The translations under genes and the position numbers were made by a program. Below the pieces are notes generated by a model, which ran no database searches, had not been told where the DNA came from, and saw nothing but the letters and a program-made list of their open reading frames with translations. Of a stretch of DNA of 64,000 nt, positions 60,851 through 64,000 are shown in pieces. Location of the stretch: assembly GCF_009834535.1 (NCBI RefSeq), contig NC_045696.1, forward strand, positions 6,388,001-6,452,000, in the 5' to 3' direction. Positions within the stretch are counted from its first letter, which is position 1. Every line of letters begins with the position of its first letter. Source of the DNA: Camelus ferus (lineage: Eukaryota).

Positions 60851-61719
60851 GACCTGGGGCAGAGCAGGGAGGAGACGGCCAGCCCACCCCTGGCCTGGGA
60901 AGATGCCTTGGTGCCTAACGGTTCAGGTGGGCTGGCACTGGGAGCAGGGACTGCCCCTTATGCAGCTAAGACCGTGCCCACTGGGCCTGGGGAAGATGGC
61001 AGCAGTGCACGTCAGATTTGAGGATAAAGCTGTATTTTCCTTAGTTTCTAGTGAGTTAGGTCTTCTCTCCATCTCCTGGGCGGTGGCTTTGTGTCAGTTG
61101 TATTCATGTGGCCTTTCCCCCTAAAACCAGAATGTCTTTTATCTTTCAGTTAATGAGAATGTTTCTTCCTGTTTGATTCTATTCTCCCATCCTCTGATAA
61201 GTAAATCCTTCACCACTTAACATTGCTGCCTCTGCTCGTTACACAATGCAAACTTTTTTAGAGCCATTTTAAAGGGAAGGATGACATCATATGGTATGAA
61301 TGCACAAGATGGTAAGAGCATCTCAACCTCTCCGTCCCTGCTGAGAAGCGTGCGCCCCTGCATTATGATGTTCTGGATCAGATGGAAGTGACTTAGCCCC
61401 TTTACGTCCCACCAGAATGGCTGAGCATTCAAAGTGGCTCCTCTAATGAACAGAAATCCCCTTCCCAGGCATTAGCTTTCTTGGGAGCAAGAGTTCAGCG
61501 GCTCCCTTGGTGCCAACTGGATGGTCTTTAATGGTGGGCATTTAACTGCTTTATGCAGAGCTGGAGACCCGTTTAAGGATGCTTTGCCATTGATTAGGAG
61601 CTGGGAGTGTCCATTCTTCCACTGGGAACCTACCAAGCTCCAGGCCCGGGGTAGGGGGGAGGGCGACCTGAAAAGGACTGGAGGAGGGGGTGGAGGTGTG
61701 TGCAGAAGCCAGGCTTGAA

Positions 61720-61910
61720 GGCAGCATCGTATAGTGATTCAGCACCAAGGCCTGGAGTCGGGGTTCCAACCCATGCTGACCTGGGGCAAGATCAGTCACT
61801 CTGCCTCGTTGGGCTCTAATGCCCCCTCTCTATAGTGGGCTAGCACATGGCTCTGGGGAGGATTAAGTAAACACATGTACAGTGTTCAGAATGGTGTCTG
61901 GCACAAGTCA
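61720..61910 (+). mobile_element. MIR SINE
   Basis: gtatagtgattcagcacc...tgacctggggcaag...gaggattaagt...agaatggtgtctggcaca. Confidence 0.65.
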
Positions 61911-62084
61911 GCTTCCAGGGATACGAGCCACCCTGAGAGCACCGTCATCCCCAGCTTCCACGCGGCCAGGGTGGAAGGGTGGGGGTAGCTGTCTCCCTTT
62001 TGGCATCTCTCCACTCTAGGCAAGGGAAGATCTTTCTTTAAACCCTGGTTTTCAGCTCAGACAAATCATAAGAGCATTCACGTA

Positions 62085-62250
62085 TGGAGTTTATCCTCAT
62101 AGTGACTCTGCAAGATAGTATATTACCACCACCCCCATTTTGCAGGTGAGAACACCTAGGCATATAGAGCCGGGTGAGCTGCTCAAAGTCCCGTACGGGG
62201 CAGAGCCAGGATTTAGCTGAAGCAGTGCTGACTTTCAGCCACCATACGGT
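62085..62250 (-). mobile_element. MIR SINE
   Basis: tttatcctcatagtgactctgcaagatag...ccccattttgcaggtgagaacacc...gctcaaagtc. Confidence 0.7.
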
Positions 62251-64000
62251 CTGCCCCTCCAGCAAGTCCCGTCTGAGCCATGCTGAGCCCCGGCAAAGCC
62301 TCGCGTCAGGGACACGCCTGCTCCCTTGACCTTGACATGGTGGGGGATCCAGGCTGTGAGCACCCCCAGCTACTGCAGAAGGAAGCCCGAGTGTGGGGCT
62401 TGCTGGGCCCCCTCCGCTTTGTTTACTGCTCTGTTCCCCCGTCAGCTGGCGCCTGAGTGCCCTGCTCGGGGCCACCCCTCCTACTTGACCCACCGCTGCT
62501 GAGTCACTCCCAGCTCTGCTTTTCTCTGTGGTTTATAAACCGTTTAGATGTTTTGCCCTTTTTTTTGCTCAGTCTGTACCTCTTTGCTACTGTGTTTCCC
62601 TTCTTTTAATCACATTCAGAGACCATTTTCCTCCTAAAAATGAAAAGATTGCCTTTGGTCTTCTCCAAAGCCATGCCTCGCACTGCTTCAACCCGGTGGG
62701 CTCTCCTGCAGGTTTGCAGCCTACATCTTTGTCCACCCCCACCCCCGCGCCTGCAGTCCTGCCTTTTTAGTTAATCACCCTGGACAAATCTAGGAGAAAA
62801 GCAGCTGCTCCTTACTGATGTTGCCAGGGTGTTACCAGGACAGAGGGAGAGTCCTAGGTGTGACGAGTTCCAAAGAAGGTGAAGAAGGTGGTTCATGAGG
62901 GGCAGGTGGTGGTGCTGATTGGATGGAAGATCCTGTCCTAGAAGAGCGTCTCCTTTTACTTGCTGGTTTGGCCAGTGAGATGCTCGGCCACTCTTAGACT
63001 TCCTAAATCTTAGGTACCTGTGTTTTGGAACCCCTATTCTGTATTCTAAAATGCACTTTTAGTGCACACCATTGTTTTGATAGTAAAATAAGAATTAAAT
63101 AAACTGCTTTTGAAATTCTGTGGCCGTGAGTAACTCATCTAACTGACCTGTTGACCATGACTTCTCAGCGACCATGGTGCATCCTTGAGATTCTCTCTTG
63201 CACAGCAAGAAAATCTGCTGTAGACTGCGAACACAGCGGATTTTTGTTATATTAAATTTGACAATTAATGACCTTGACATAGTGCTGCACTTTGTAACAT
63301 CTATTTAAACGTTAGTTGGTTTGCATTTATGGTTTTGTTCTCAGGTTTGGAAGCTGATGAATTTTGTTCATAGGTGTCTTCTTCCATAGGCCGTTGCAAC
63401 GCTCAGAGGCCCCGAGCCCTGTGTCTTAAGGGCTGATGGGTAAAACAGTCTAGGGAGAAATTCTTCCTCCGCCCTTTCAGCTTTGAGTTTCTAGCCATGA
63501 ATATAGGTTCCCGCCTTACTAGTTCTTCCGAAGCAGAAGAGCTAGGAAACCACGTTTGCGCACTGTTTTTATCCAGTACACATTTATCAAGGAAGCGGAT
63601 GAACGACAGATTCCCAAGAGGCAGTGCCAAGGTTCGAATGGATACCAAGTAGAATTTTGGCTGTTTAGGTAGATCTGTGTCCTTATACAAAATCTGTGGG
63701 ACTGCACTCTCTATGAGAGGAGGTTGACAGTGAATATTCATTTTCAAACAACGCCATGTGTTTATGTCGAAGCATATGTTAGACTGTTAAATCAAAAATC
63801 CATGTTTTTCCCTATTCCCAGGTCATATATGGAATTTTTTTTTCAAGCAGTGATCCTATGGTTACACTATATATACTAAAACCATATGGTTTTCTCAAAC
63901 TCCTCTTTGTATTTTTAAAAATGCATATTAATGAAATGTTGGGGGCAACAAAACTTGATTGAGAACAGTTTGAATATGTGGTTCTGGAGAAAGCAAAGGC

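Noticed and set aside
58665..64000. ETS-domain exon
   Set aside because: No GSGQIQLWQFLLELL-coding sequence found; it should lie downstream of the window

Overview
Mammalian genomic DNA, not prokaryotic. The window holds the central part of ERG (ETS-family transcription factor) on the + strand: eight consecutive internal coding exons (218, 152, 204, 81, 72, 69, 57 and 48 nt; all GT-AG) that splice into one open frame, about residues 7-306 of the 479-aa ERG isoform, including the PNT/SAM domain. The start-codon exon(s) and the terminal ETS-domain exon lie outside the window. About 98% is intron, containing L1, L2, MIR, MaLR/ERVL LTR and hAT (MER5/MER20) relics plus microsatellites. Three tRNA-derived SINEs resembling Vic-1 suggest a camelid host (inference). 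Nearly all ORFs in the supplied track are chance ORFs in intron or repeat sequence. I found no convincing wholly new biological system. The best leads are a frameshifted homologue of the human ERG8 read-through tail, a substitution in the SPOP degron, an in-frame cryptic acceptor that would delete an ERK site, splicing-regulatory motifs around the cassette exons, a patchwork templated-insertion scar, a twin-primed L1, and a tandem duplication of a CTCF-like motif. Human ERG comparisons and repeat family names are from memory, not from a database search.
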